A stretch of DNA of 64,000 bases from Macrostomum hystrix (GCA_950097015.1 CATNEN010000001.1:16058001-16122000); one strand, 5' to 3'; shown: positions 21,201 through 33,411, counted from the first letter of the stretch. Notes: generated by a model not told the origin, from the sequence alone. Made by a program: numbers and translations.

Positions 21201-23197
21201 TCCATCGTGCTGATTGCCATGATGTGCGCTGCCTGGCTAGGCTCAATCGCCAATTGAGCTGGCTGCGGACTGGGGTCCTGGGCCGTGACTTCGGCGATCC
21301 GCTTTGGCTGCTGCCATTGCTGCGGATGCTGTCCTTGATCACCCTGACGTGGTCGGCCGCATTCCGATGTCCAATGGTTCTGCATGTTACAGTTCTTGCA
21401 ATATCGCTGGCCTCTGCACTCCTTTGCAAAGTGGCCTCTCTTTCCGCATTTGTTGCACTTAACGTTACCTCGATCTTGTCTGCCCTGTGACTGCACTTGG
21501 CCCCCGGTACTCTTACCGATGTTCCGGTTACCGATGTTCCGGTTCCTTTGGTAGCACCTGTTGGCTGTGTGGCCTATCTTGTCACAGAGTTGGCATGTCG
21601 GCCTCAGGTTGCCGTCTGGGTACTTGGTTACGGCTTCCTTCTGTGGCTGTTGAGCTCGATCTTGGGTGCGCCGGTCCGCTTGCCTGATTGTAGTCTCCAT
21701 CTGTGCTACCATGGCTGTCAGCTTGCGTACGTCGTTGGAGTCGTGTTCCAGCTCTCGCAGTGCTTGCCATTGAAGTGCTTCACGCACCATCTCCGGGACC
21801 GTCTGGTAACGTCCTCTGGCTAGATATAGTCGCAATGCCGGTGTGGCATTCTGTTGCACGTGCAGCATGATGTGATCTTGGACTATGCGTTTGCTGCGGT
21901 TGATTCTTGCGCCTCTGTCGTTCTCATTCTCACCCTCCGGCGCTGGTTCTTGGAACACTGAGTTCTCGACTAGTTGTGTGATGTCGGCGATGAACTTGTT
22001 AACATCCTCTCCTGGATGCATCCTCCTCATTGATGTGCTGTAGACTGCTGAGCAGCCTCCAGGCAATCTGTCAGTCAGGCTGTTCTAGGTCTGTGGGAGG
22101 GCTAGGGTGGGTAGTTAGTGTCTCCCGTGCACTGTCACTTCCGCTCGCCACCCCCCTCCGCTCTCTCTCTCTCTTTCCAGCTCTGTCTGCGCACTGAGTC
22201 ACATTGCACACCATGGTGCAATCGCTTAAGTTCGGAAGAAGACTGGCAGAACAACGCTCATATGCTCCTACTATAAGTAGAGCACAGTCCGACGAATCCT
22301 TGAGATGGTGTTGTTATCATGGGAGCACTATTTCTTTATATGGAGAGCACGTTTCTGTCTTCTTTTCTTCATGCTTTTTGAGCCTTCGGGATCTCAAACA
22401 TCCGCTAACTTATTGAGAAGTTGGATCGTGTATTGCATTTAGAAGCAAGGTACACCGTCGAATTTCAGAGCAGGGTGCTAAGTCTCGGGAATCATAGATT
22501 GATTCAAATAGACTCCGAGGAAACAAGGTAATCTAGCCTGACTACCGGATTGCTCCACTGCTACGAAGCATTCAGTGTTGAGGCCGGTAAAATCTCCTCT
22601 CGGAATCCAGTGTCCTGTCTTGGTTATTTGCCAATTGTGTGTGCCACGCTACCACAGGTACAACATCATCGAGAGCTGGAGTACTGCCGTGGGTCGGTCC
22701 ATCGCTCTGGTGTCATATAGCTCTCGGAGTTGTGTTCTCACCTGTCCGTAGTCTTCTCGGACAGCTTGTGGGAGTCCCGCGTATTGATTACGGGCGTTAG
22801 GACGCAGCATGAGTGGTAGTAGTCGGCACTTCTCTTCGTCCGTTAGGCCATATGTCGCTGTCTCTAGTTCAAACTCCGTCAGCCATTTGACAAATGGCTG
22901 TCCCATTTCGTAGTCTCCTGCCGACAGTTTTAGAGCCTGGACAATGGCTGGTAGGTCCCTGCCGTGTGCCATGGCGAGACGCTGCTGTAGTTCTCGGACT
23001 TGGTTCTGGAGATTTTCCATTGCGTTGTCCTCGTTTTCCGAGTCTGATGAATTCTCGTTGTTGTCTTCCCACTCGTCGTTGTGGTCCAACAGGTCTTCTG
23101 GTTGATGTGGCTGTTGTTGCTGATCGGCGTCTCCGGGTTCTGGAGTTCTGTTAGTGCCTGCCTGAATGTCTAAATTTAGAGCTTCGTTATTATTCAT
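18212..23197 (-). CDS. Gag-Env-Protease polyprotein (1448 aa when restored), split by a solo LTR
   Basis: Removing 22031-22665 plus one TCAT copy joins ...AVLQLS-MRRMHPGED... in frame. Contains a gag capsid-like region, three CCHC knuckles (about 21360-21600), env, and protease ALIDSGAERS...LLGIDYL. Confidence 0.9.
19100..21030 (-). CDS. env: Envelope glycoprotein domain (probably class III fusogen, chuvirus-G or herpes-gB-like) inside the polyprotein
   Basis: Signal-like CALLLKILLFALLCTTAEA (about 20969-21025), about 12 ectodomain Cys, several NxS/T sites, furin site RAKR (20003-20014), motif PTLAVRTLF...IFKCIPV...CFSKPPL...GFLD...C, and a C-terminal hydrophobic anchor (about 19150-19240). 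Confidence 0.8.
22031..22665. mobile_element. Solo LTR (635 bp) of a different family inserted in gag
   Basis: TG...CA termini and a 4-bp TSD TCAT (22027-22030 and 22666-22669). Excision restores the gag frame. Confidence 0.92.
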
Positions 23198-24245
23198 ATG
23201 CTGGTATTCAAGTCTATTGGTTCTTTGCGGAGTTGGCCGCAAATGATATGAATGTAAGTGATGCGTATTTAATCAGCTTGACTTTATCAAAGTATTTTGT
23301 CAGTGTGTGCTCTGATCTATCTTAAGATCTCACAAAAGTTTAAGTGAAATTCAAATATAAGAAAAGGGGCAGAGGTATTGGATACGTTTCCGGCCAGGTG
23401 GTGCTGTCAATATGTAAATTATCTTGAATTTTGTAAATAAATGAGTGCATTTTTGTCTCGCCTGTCGTAGATATGCGCGAGGCTAAATAATATGGTTGCA
23501 GCATTTTATACACATGCACTCTTAGCGATTAAGCATTTTGCTTTTCCGCTCTCTGCCTCATTGGCTAGTTAGGCTACGCATTTCAATTTCCATTCAGAAA
23601 TGCCTCGAGGTTGTCTCATGGACTGGCTACCTAGGTTGGGGCACAAATACTTACCCTAACACGCCTTGTAGTAGATCAACAGCGCTATAGGCGGGCTGTC
23701 GCGTTTGCTGGAGAGCTGAGTCAGATAGACGCAGTGTACAGAGCCTAAGTGAGTTCTTCCCCCCTGTGTCCGCGCAGTCCCTAGTGCCAAGAGTATGAAC
23801 TCTCCTCAGAAGGTCTACTATCCTACTGAGCCTATTGAAGCGCGCTATAATAATGAAAAACCCTATACGGTGTACTTTTAATGCTGCTATTCGCTTAACA
23901 GGTCCTTTACCTGTGATGAGTCGGCCGGCTCCTGCAAACTCCTTTATAGTCTAAGGTTTAATCTGTGGTAATGTTGGTCAGCGCTGCCTTAATTCTGTAA
24001 ATGAGTACACCTTTACTTATAATTCTCGTATAATTTGTCTAGCGGTTTATTGCAGTCTAAATGTCTTGAAGGCTATAACTCCTAACGATTATCGACAATC
24101 AGTAACTCGGTTGATGTTGCGATCTTCCTGGATCGTTATCTTAGCTTCTACTCAAGAAATAACACAAACGCAATGAGTTTTCTAATATGGTTAACTCAAC
24201 GGAATTCAAATGGAATCTCTAACTGACTCGAGCGGCGGCTTTTTT

Positions 24246-24260
24246 CCGCCCTCCGCACCA
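24246..24260 (-). promoter_or_regulatory. Putative primer-binding site
   Basis: TGGTGCGGAGGGCGG on the minus strand, preceded by TTATATAT, which mirrors the LTR start TGATATAA. The primer tRNA is not assigned. Confidence 0.55.
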
Positions 24261-24879
24261 ATATATAATGTCTTTAAAACCCTCGATCCGAGGGGAAGAA
24301 AATACCATAGCAACAGTACGCATGAGAATTTGGGGTGAGTGAGGTCGCAGCCTCGAGTCTAGTACAGTTATTTTCATTAGACTAGTTGGTTGGCAGGCAC
24401 GCCAACCCCTTTTCTATGGGAGGTAGGGAAAAGTCCTGAAAATACCTTAGTTGAGTTAGGATGCGTTCCCACTTCTACGGAGACCTCTTTCCTACTGTTC
24501 ATTATCCCCTTTCCTTTCATCGATCCCGTCTTCTTGTGCGGTCCCGGCCTCCTCCAGATCTCGTTCCCGATCGGGTCCGGGCGGCTCCCAATTCGGGCTG
24601 GGCTGGGTCGATGCCGGCAGCTGCGGGTCGGGACAGGCCGGGTTGATTCCGGCAGCGCCACGTCAGCGCAGCTGCAGGTCCGGTTTCAGGCAGCTCCACG
24701 TCGGCACAGCTGCTGTCATGCCGAACCGGGTTTGTGCTGAAATGATTAAGTGATCTCGGGGCGGGTTTTGTCTAATCTTTCTCCTGTCAGTTGCTCGCCC
24801 TCTCTGCTGTTGCTATTTTTAGCTTTTAGTTTTCTGCTAACGAACTCTTAAATTCCCTTCAGATTTCTACGTCTTATAT
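24261..24879 (-). repeat. 5' LTR (24457-24879 matches the 3' LTR; probably extends to about 24261)
   Basis: Direct repeat of 8444-8866. The extension contains TATA-like CATAGAAAAGGGG and ends at the PBS-like motif. The outer TG is missing. Confidence 0.8.
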
Positions 24880-26296
24880 GGGTGTGACAAGTGCTACCTC
24901 CGGACGTCTTTACACCCGTCACGCCACGGAAGAGTGTATGACGTACAACTCACAGACGCAATGCAGATGGACTCGCGGCGCCTCGGCTGCGTCCAAACTG
25001 TACTTCGGACGCTGACTGACACGTACACCCTAGCAGAAGTCCAAAGTTTGCGTGGCGACGTCGGCGACACTCTCGGCGTCCGTGGGCACTCTCCGCTTAG
25101 TGCTCTGTTCGGCTTCGACTACGTCCGGGCGACGCCTCCCTGTTTTCTGCACCAACTGTGTCTGGGCTTGGTGCGCTGGCTACTGTATCAGTTGTTCCTC
25201 GTGCGCCATGACAAGCCAGACCGGTTCGCTCTGAACAGTCCCGACCTGCACAACCGAATTGACGCCATCACCGATCTCATGCGCTCCATTCGCATTCCTA
25301 GATCCGTACAGCGACACTCAGTCCGGCCGTTGAAGGACATAAAGCACCTACGTGGACACGAACTGGCACTGTGGGTTCTCGCGTATATGCCCATGCTGCT
25401 TGAAGACTTCCTGCCTGAGGCGCACTATTGGCACTTACTCGTGCTGTCGTCCGCGGTTTTCTGGATGACGCTGGAAGGTGCACCAAAGAGCGAGTTACGT
25501 CACGTCGAAGTGTCGCTGCGACACTTCCATTCCGCTCTGCCTCGTCTATATTCTCTTCGAGCACTGACATAACGCCCACCATGTTTGCACGCATATGCCG
25601 TCATACGCGCTTCTCGCTGGTCCCGTGCACACGCTATCAGCCGGAATATTCGAGACGATGCACGTCCAGCTACGTGCACGGATCCACGGGTCCCGGCGCA
25701 CGGACATTGAGATTGTTAACGCGATTGAACGTGAATTTTCTCTCATTGAAGCAGAGGGTCGGCTGAAAGGCGATGATTTAGAGCCTGAGCAGCACGACAA
25801 GCACAGACTTGAGTGCATCATCCACTTCGGCGTTAAATTACGATGCGTTCGTGGCACAGCGAACGGTTGGCAGACGGCGTCATTTCCTAGCGGCTTGTTC
25901 ATTGAAGTGTTTCGGCCTCCAGCTGACGACGTCACCAACGAGCAACCTGGTGCCTCATGCTTCGTTGCGGTTAAGGGAAACCAGAGGACCTCTTTCACGT
26001 TCCACCGCGTGGAAGCCATTAGTGCAGCTGCAGGGGGCGTCGTACTTACGCTGCGAGAGCTCCCGGTACAGGACGACGAGATTGACCCATTAGAGAAGCT
26101 GTGTGCCGTGCCGAAAGAGTCTGCTCGTCGTGGTTGCCGATTCGCGCATGTTAGGCGACTCCTGGCCGAACCCTTAGGAGCGGCACGTTACCTTGGGGGC
26201 GTCACTCAGGTCGGGCCAGAAGACATTGTCGGTGCTTGCGCCGTGTCCGACACAAAGATCGCAGTGCTTCCGTATGCACAGTTTGGGTTCTCATAA
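24880..26296 (+). pseudogene. EnSpm/CMC-type transposase, C-terminal part, frameshifted at about 25568
   Basis: GCDKC, FLHQLCLGLV, RPLKDIKHLRGHEL, HLLVLSSAV, then after the frameshift NAHHVCTHM...GPVHTLSAGIFE. Confidence 0.8.
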
Positions 26297-28790
26297 TCCT
26301 CGATTTGGTTCGATTTGGGGAGACAATTATTCCCATGCCCGCTGATTGTGCGGTTGAATATGATATTCCGCCCCTTAAGCTCGTCTTTTTCCACCTTTTC
26401 CGCCCCGCACTGTCCCGCGCCAGAAAATTAAGCTAATTAGTAACACGGCAATATCAGATTTGCATATGCCCAATGCGTTTCCGTTCACTTCCAACCCCAA
26501 ATATTATCTGTTGAGTGCAATAAACTATCGATTCCTAATTGAAGAACTTCGCTTTCTAGGCACAAAAATTTGATTCCGCGCCACGAAACTACGATTCTTA
26601 GTAGTCAAAGTCTTAGTGTGCTACGCACATAATAGTGCAATAAAAGATACGTTTTGAATTTCTTTGTTACAATTGGCATGGCAAACTATGCTTAGTAAAT
26701 GCTGTTACCTCACAGACTGCCAGGGAGTTAAGCAACCGCAGCGTTTCAAATAAAATTCCAAGTCTATTGTTTTTCGTCTTCTTGCCGGACATTAGTAGCT
26801 ACAGTTGACTTGAAGTTCCAGGCCGAACTACGATTCCTGCCATGATTAAATGATTATGTCCATATTTTGTCTATGAGTGTCTATGGCTGAGATTACCAGT
26901 GTATTTTTTGCTTCTTTGTTCGCGTTTGCGTTTTTAAACTCAACTTCAATTAAGATCTTAAGATCTTAATTTCCCATCTTAGTCACCAGGTTGGGCTGAT
27001 TTGAGAGCATCCGTTCCCATTAAGCTGCCTTTTGGGATTGCTGTATTAAGCACTGAAGTGACAACTACATGTAGTCTGTATTTGTGGTAATAAATATAAA
27101 TGACCCTCGACTGCAGAATCAGATTTTCAGTATCAGGTATCAGAATTTACCTGCCCTGGTTTTCATTTGAGCCTCTGCTCGTTAATTATATTTAATGGTA
27201 GTTAATAATAGTTAATTAGTTATTAGTCAATAGTTATGAATAGTTATTAGTTAATTGTTAATTATAGTTATTAATAACCTCTGCTTGATAACTATCAACG
27301 TATCTCAGCGCCAGCTCTTCAGGTGTGTGGGCTTTGTCCCAATGCATTCCAGGATTCCACTACAAACGACTGGTCCCGGCTGCTAGACTCTGGTCCCAGC
27401 GTCTCTACTTGATGACCTGGATGTCTCCAGCGACGATGATCGCACCACAGTGGGTGGTTCGCCGCCGCCAGATCCAGATGTCATGTCAGAGTCTCTGCTG
27501 GCCGGTCCGACGTCGCCTATTGCCTGCAGCACGCAGGACTGCAACCCCGCCGCCTCGCCACCATCGCGAACTCTGCCAAAGTCATGCGGCAGTAGCACAG
27601 CTCGACGGTACACGTTGGAGGACTACAACAGGCTGCCCGATGAGGCCCCTCCATCTTACACGTCACGCCGCCATTACGACAGACAACGACTACCTCCCCA
27701 GTGCTGCTCCGATTGTGCAGCCTGATATGCGGCTCTGCCTGCTGAGGAGCGAGAGAAGCGGCTACAGGCCAACGGACGGCACCGTCATCGCCCAGTAGTG
27801 CAGGCTGCGAACTTTTTTGCAATTGAAATGCCGCCGAGCCCGCCGCCTGCTCCACTGGAGCACATTAAAGTGGGGAAGCGCAGACGCCGACCGCTGCGAG
27901 ATCTTTCCGTTTCAGATCGCAATGACGCCCCCGAGAAGCGCGCGTCTATTCTGACGAAGCCGTAGCATCGTAGCAGAATTGCGTTAGCATACCTGATGAC
28001 ATAACATTATAATTCATAACATACCTGGCCTGGATTCCAATCCAAGAGTGGGAAGTTTCTACTGTACTTCAGTAATCTAGTTGACGCATTAGTCTCGGGT
28101 TAACTGCTGTTAGGGTTTACTGCTGGTAGGGTTTACTGCTGTTACGGTTGTACTGCTGTTAGCCTCTGGAAGTCTGAAGATCCACCAGTTCGAACCGCCA
28201 GTCTGGCAGTTCCGCTGATAGCGATTGAAAGCGATAGCGATTGATAGCGGTTGAATTCCGCAGAAAGCGATTGACATTCAGACCAATTAATTGTCAATCT
28301 AGCTAGATGAGTCTTATACTAGTATGAGTCTTACTGCGTCTAGTATGCGTCGACACTGAAATATAGTATTCCAACGAGGTTGTTGGAAGTTGTTGTTGGA
28401 AGTTGTTGGATTGCGTCACGACTCCCTCATTTTTAACTCAACTTATTCATGTAGCACGAGGACATGAATTGTATGGTTATAATCAATTGTATTGTAAATA
28501 GTGTAATTTAGCGACTCGCAAAATGAAATGGCGCGAGAGAAGGTCAACTTTTATTTTCCACAATCGCATATAAATACTGCGCGACAGAGAGGCATGGGGG
28601 TGCGCATAGTCCGTGCCAGACCCTGCGGATTAGCGCGCCGGCCGTCTGGGTGCACCCACCCCCCGGGCAGGGTGAGTCAGGCCGATTGAGTGCAGGTGCA
28701 CTGCCCGCGTCGGCAGCGTGCTGGTCTGGCCGCCACAGTAACAGTTATTGCTAATAAATAACGTGAGAATATTACTTTTTTAGCATTCGT

Positions 28791-30748
28791 ATGCCTCAGT
28801 CGAGCAAAACCGAGTCTAGGCGCGCCGCTCCGAAGCGCAAGTCCGATCCGAACACGGAAGTTGAACCGAAATCGAAGTCGAAGTCGAGTTCCATGCAGAG
28901 AAACCGCAGAATTGCGAAAAGCAAAGAAAATGACGTTCCGAAAAAGAATGAGAAAGTGCGTGTCGCCGAAAACCAAACGTCCGAGCTTCAGTTATCGGAG
29001 CGCGGCACCCAGCCGCATGCTGAGGCAACTGCAGAGGCTGGCCCTACGGCTGCAAACGGCAACCTGCCGACTGATGGTGAACGCGCCTTGCAGGATGCGG
29101 CTACTATAGCTAAGGACGACAATCGTCCGCCTGTGTAGATGCTACCCTACAAAGTGGAGACCGTCATACGATACTTTCTGTTTCAGTACGACGAGTTCCA
29201 CGAAAAGACACAGGTGGTTTGCACCGGCGTGACGACATCAGCGGCCATTATTGTCGGCGTTTCTCGTGGGTCCCCTACGCCCGTTCAACTAGGCAGCCAT
29301 GTCTCGATAGTAACAGCTAAAACCAACAAGTCAAGTGCGAAGCGCTATTTTGGCAAGCTGGTGCGTGGGCCATTCGGCACTAAAGCAGAGGCTTCAGGGG
29401 CCGCGAACCTCACCAATGAGCACGCTCCGACCGTCGAGCTGCCACGCAGTTGCGCTTCGTGCAAGGGCCTATTGTTGGAGTTGCGACGGTCTAAGACCCT
29501 CAGTGACGCTCAACGTGAGTATGCAGAGTCTTCCCCGCGGATCGAACTTCGCGTTTAGTCATATTTGGAATGCACAAGCTTCTATGTTTCGATTCCCTCA
29601 CCAAAATTTTGCAGGCTCCGATCTTCGATCCGCCCGGTCCACGGAAGCCCAGCTGCGTGAGGAGGTTAGGGCACTTCAGCAGAAGCTTCATGTGTCCCAA
29701 AAGATGGAGGTGAGACTCATGCGCACGTTAGACGTCGAGCAGGCAAAGTCCTGCAACCTGGAGCGCAACGCTAAGGCAGCGAATGCGTTGCTAGTACGGG
29801 CATGTGACTTCCTAGTAGTAGGCGCTGCAGTGACCTCAGCTGCTTCGGGTGCAGATAGCTCGACAGAAGCTTCTGTCGAGCTATCTGCAGACGGAGGGGT
29901 ATCGAATCCCGACGTCGAAGACACCAGCATACCGGCAAACTGCGAATTGTCGGCGTCGCAGACTCGGCAGCTGCTGAATGCCTGTACAGCACCAGAGCAG
30001 GGTCCCTCGTCTGCTGGCTCTGTCAGTGGGCCTCGTGTCGCTGTCCGACAAGCAAGTGTACATCAAAACTTCGACGCAGCTCCGAGCTCAACTGGAGAGC
30101 CGACTACGGGACTACGTCAAAGTGATGCAGGATCCCGTTGACCTTGACGAAGTTGACGAAGCTGGACTCGCCAAGATGCGCCGATCGGCCAGACTCGCAA
30201 CGATTAGGGCCCTATTCCGGTCCGTTTTTACGGACGGCGAGTTAGCCAATAGTAGCCTGTCGGGCCGGCGGGCCGCTGGCTATGTGTCGCTGCCCGCAAA
30301 TGCCGGCAAGCTGGCAGCAGCCAAGCAGTGGCTTGCTAACGCCAGTATTAAGTACAGTGAACTCGAGCTGCAGCGCGCGTTCACACGATGCGGTGAAACT
30401 GCACGACATCGACTGGGGCTGCCAAAACGCATAAGGAGCAAGGCACAGTCGAGTGGCGAAGCTGCCAAGCCACGTCGCGATAAGGGCGGGGCAGATAGTA
30501 CTATTCGTATTGGGCTTCGAGCTGGGCCTTCGGCGGTGCTGCCGGCTGCCAAGCAAGTAACAGGTTCAGGCATCGTCGACGAAGATTCCTCCGAGTCGGG
30601 CGGCACCCCCGAAAGTGTCGCGTTCCGCGAAGCCAGGCAGGTGTTCAATCAGGCCGAGACCCCACAGCCCAGGACGGATAATTCTGTACGAAATGTCGAC
30701 GATCTGGAGATCGCTCCAGACATGCTGCTCGCCGTACTGCATGAGTAG
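28791..30748 (+). pseudogene. Transposon accessory gene: basic N-terminus, coiled coil and BEN-like domain (interrupted)
   Basis: In-frame TAG at 29136-29138, probable intron at about 29515-29613, and a frameshift near 30000-30050. IRALFRSVFTDGELANSSLSG...KLAAAKQWL...CGETAR fits the BEN pattern. Confidence 0.6.
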
Positions 30749-31473
30749 GTGGAACTTCATATAATCATGTAATTGATCGGGCCTGTCATAAAAAGGCGTC
30801 GCCCTAGACTTTGTCAGTCAACAGTAAAACGCAGTGAAAAGGATTTTCTGTGGTTTCGATTGCGGAACGATTGCGGATCGAGTATGACAAATGGAATTTC
30901 AGTTGCAAATATTTGTCTAAATCTATTTATTGGATTGGGATTGAGATTGAGCTTGGGGTAGAGAGGTTGAGATTGAGATCGAGCTGGTGGATGAGATTGG
31001 GGATACCGAAGGCATTACCTTACCTTAAGAACGTACGATACCTTGAACGCATTTTCATTTTCGAATTAATTTATAATTTACACGTACCGGGTGCTACATA
31101 TAATTGATGCCACAAAACGTGTTGGCACATTTTTCTTACCATTCTATATATCCTTAATTTGCAACCAATTTTTTGCTGCTCAATTTAACGTCGTAAACTA
31201 CATTTTTTAAATACAGCTGCCATATATTTTGTTTCTGGCGAGTTGACGCCGTCACTTTTTTGTTATAGGACCAGCCACTTTCGGCATAATCAGCAGTATA
31301 AACTGTCCAAGATGCTGTCTCCTGTATTTATTCTGTGAATGGGCGTTGGCTTAATTATACTTGTTAATTAAGTATTGAAATACTCAGTAACAAGTTATGC
31401 AATTATATTTAAATTTAAATTATACACTCAAGTTTCACTTTAAATTGATGCACGCTATGCACTACGTATATCT

Positions 31474-31889
31474 GGAATTTCGTCCGCTTTCTTGTCCGGT
31501 TAAAGTCTACGAACATGTCATCCGGTTTAGATCCGGAATTTCGTCCGCTTTCTTGTCCGGTTAAAGTCTACGAACATGTCATCCGGTTTAGATCCGGAAT
31601 TTCGTCCGCTTTCTCGTCCGGTTAAAGTGTACGTACATTTAATCCGGTTTAAGTCCGGAAATTGCTCCGCCTCGTCATCCGGCCTACTCCGGATGGCAAC
31701 CGGGTGAGATTCCGGAGAAACCTCCGGATTCTGTTCCGGATGAAGGGGTCATATTTTGAAGCTTTGGTCCGGTTTGTAAACTTTTCATCCGGCATTCATC
31801 CGGATTTTTACATGTAAATTTGCTATGTGCACCGGATGAAACTTCGGATGATGGACCGAGTAAAAACCGGATTACCACAGCCAGGCGGG
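31474..31889. repeat. 3 x 61-bp tandem repeats plus CCGG-rich subterminal motifs
   Basis: Units start at 31474, 31535 and 31596. Dense TCCGG/CCGGA motifs occur in both orientations. Confidence 0.85.
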
Positions 31890-31908
31890 TTCTTGCAAGT
31901 TTGTTATA

Positions 31909-32013
31909 TTACGGTTACGGTTACGGCAATTACGGTGATTTTTTGGCCGTAATTACGGGTCATGACGGTTACGGTGATTACCCATTGATGAAGGTTACGG
32001 TTACGGTTACGGT
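31909..32013. repeat. TTACGG-rich tract, probably the subterminal region of another DNA element
   Basis: Clustered (TTACGG)n units. Confidence 0.6.
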
Positions 32014-32110
32014 CCGAGAGATTGACGGCGGCGAAACACTACCAGTAAAGTTACTTTACAAGCTCATTTTGTTTAAAACACCATATTAGAACTAGGTCAT
32101 TACGAACTAT

Positions 32111-33411
32111 AAGGTTGGAAGTGGTAGTGGTGTTTATTTGTTTAGAATAGCAGAGCATTTATCTCTCAGAATATATAAGGGAACGCTGTGAAATCGCCTG
32201 TTTCATTTTAATGCATTTTCATTGTCCTAAAAAGGGCCGTTTTAACTACTTCTAGGTTAGAAACAACCTCGCTTGAAAACACATGACATCGGATAGAATA
32301 TTCGAGCTGAACTTGGAAGTTGTAAATTTGTACTAAATAAAATTATCCAAATTAACCTGGTGTGCCAGCCAAGCCCGACTGCCCGCAGAATAAACGCGTG
32401 AGCTGAGCCCGACAATGCGACAAATGGGGTGTATCATGTATGTTAGCCTGTGTAAATCTGTGTAAATTACTGCTAAAAATGATGCCACTAATTATTACTC
32501 GTTTAATGAGTCCTTTGCATTTGAAATCTAGAGTCAACATGGGTGCCTCTTCAAAAAGCGCTATTCTTGTGGAGGCTAAACAATTGGAAGTTTTGGAACT
32601 TTGACTAACGTTTAGACAACATGATAGCCATTTGAGCAGGAATAATGCACGAAGACATAATTCCGATAAAACTGAACTCAAAATACACTATTATCTCTTA
32701 CCAAGACCAGTCAATCAGTGAGATGAAAAGTAGCTCTAGTAATGCATGAAGTTTTGACGGCTTGTTAAAACGAACCAACTAAGCTTTAAAAACAGCGTTC
32801 GAACAAAAAATTGTTCGATCGATATTCAGCTATCATGCAACGACGATTTCTATTGGCGGACAAAAAACTTAATTCGTTTTGTGCCTACTTCATTCACTTT
32901 CATACGTCTATTGCTTACTTAAAGTAAGCATTAATGCTTTGCATCGTGAATTTGTGACTAAAAAGTTGTACGTTTACTAAGGACATTTAGAACATATACG
33001 AGCGTACATTTTCTAAATAAACTCAAATAGATAAAACACATGAAATTAATATTCTAGAATCTAGATTGATCAAAAGAAACTATAATACTAGCATTGCTTT
33101 TTCAGAAGGAATCATACATTTTATTGCCCCAATTATTGCAAGTTACGCAGAAAGCATAAAATATAAATTTATTGGGTACAAATTAAAAAAGCTTGCAAGT
33201 TTAAGTCGAATATTTAACCCGATGTCATGTGTTTTCAAGCGAGGTTGTTTTTAACCTAGTAGGTAGTTAAAACGGCCCTTTTAAGGACAATGTAAATGCA
33301 TCAAAATCAAAATGAAACAGAGGCAAGTTCACAGCGTTCCCTAATATATTCTGTAATAGATGCTCAGCTATTCTCAAGGAAAAAATTAAGACCACTACCA
33401 CTTCCAACCTT
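32111..33411. mobile_element. Non-autonomous DNA transposon with ~210-bp imperfect TIRs (Kolobok-like)
   Basis: AAGGTTGGAAGTGGTAGTGGT... pairs with ...ACCACTACCACTTCCAACCTT. Inner arms also pair (CTCGCTTGAAAACACATGACATCGG with CCGATGTCATGTGTTTTCAAGCGAG). Flanks resemble a decayed TTAA. Confidence 0.8.

Larger units (their letters stand above)
8442..24879 (-). mobile_element. Env-bearing Ty3/Gypsy LTR retroelement (gag-env-pro, RT-RH-IN, accessory ORFs), with nested insertions
   Basis: Direct repeats 8444-8866 and 24457-24879 (about 98% identical), PPT, PBS-like motif, and PR-RT-RH-IN order with a GPY motif. Confidence 0.93.
24880..31889 (+). mobile_element. 5'-truncated CMC/EnSpm(CACTA)-like DNA transposon
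   Basis: Transposase C-terminal half, a downstream BEN-domain gene, CCGG-rich subterminal repeats and a candidate terminus ...CCAGGCGGG. Confidence 0.7.

Noticed and set aside
28160-28215. tRNA or SINE-like B box (AGTTCGAACC)
   Set aside because: No matching A box or cloverleaf, so too weak to call.
31474-31660. CRISPR-like repeats (also considered for the other arrays)
   Set aside because: Units are contiguous with no unique spacers, there are no cas genes, and the context is eukaryotic.
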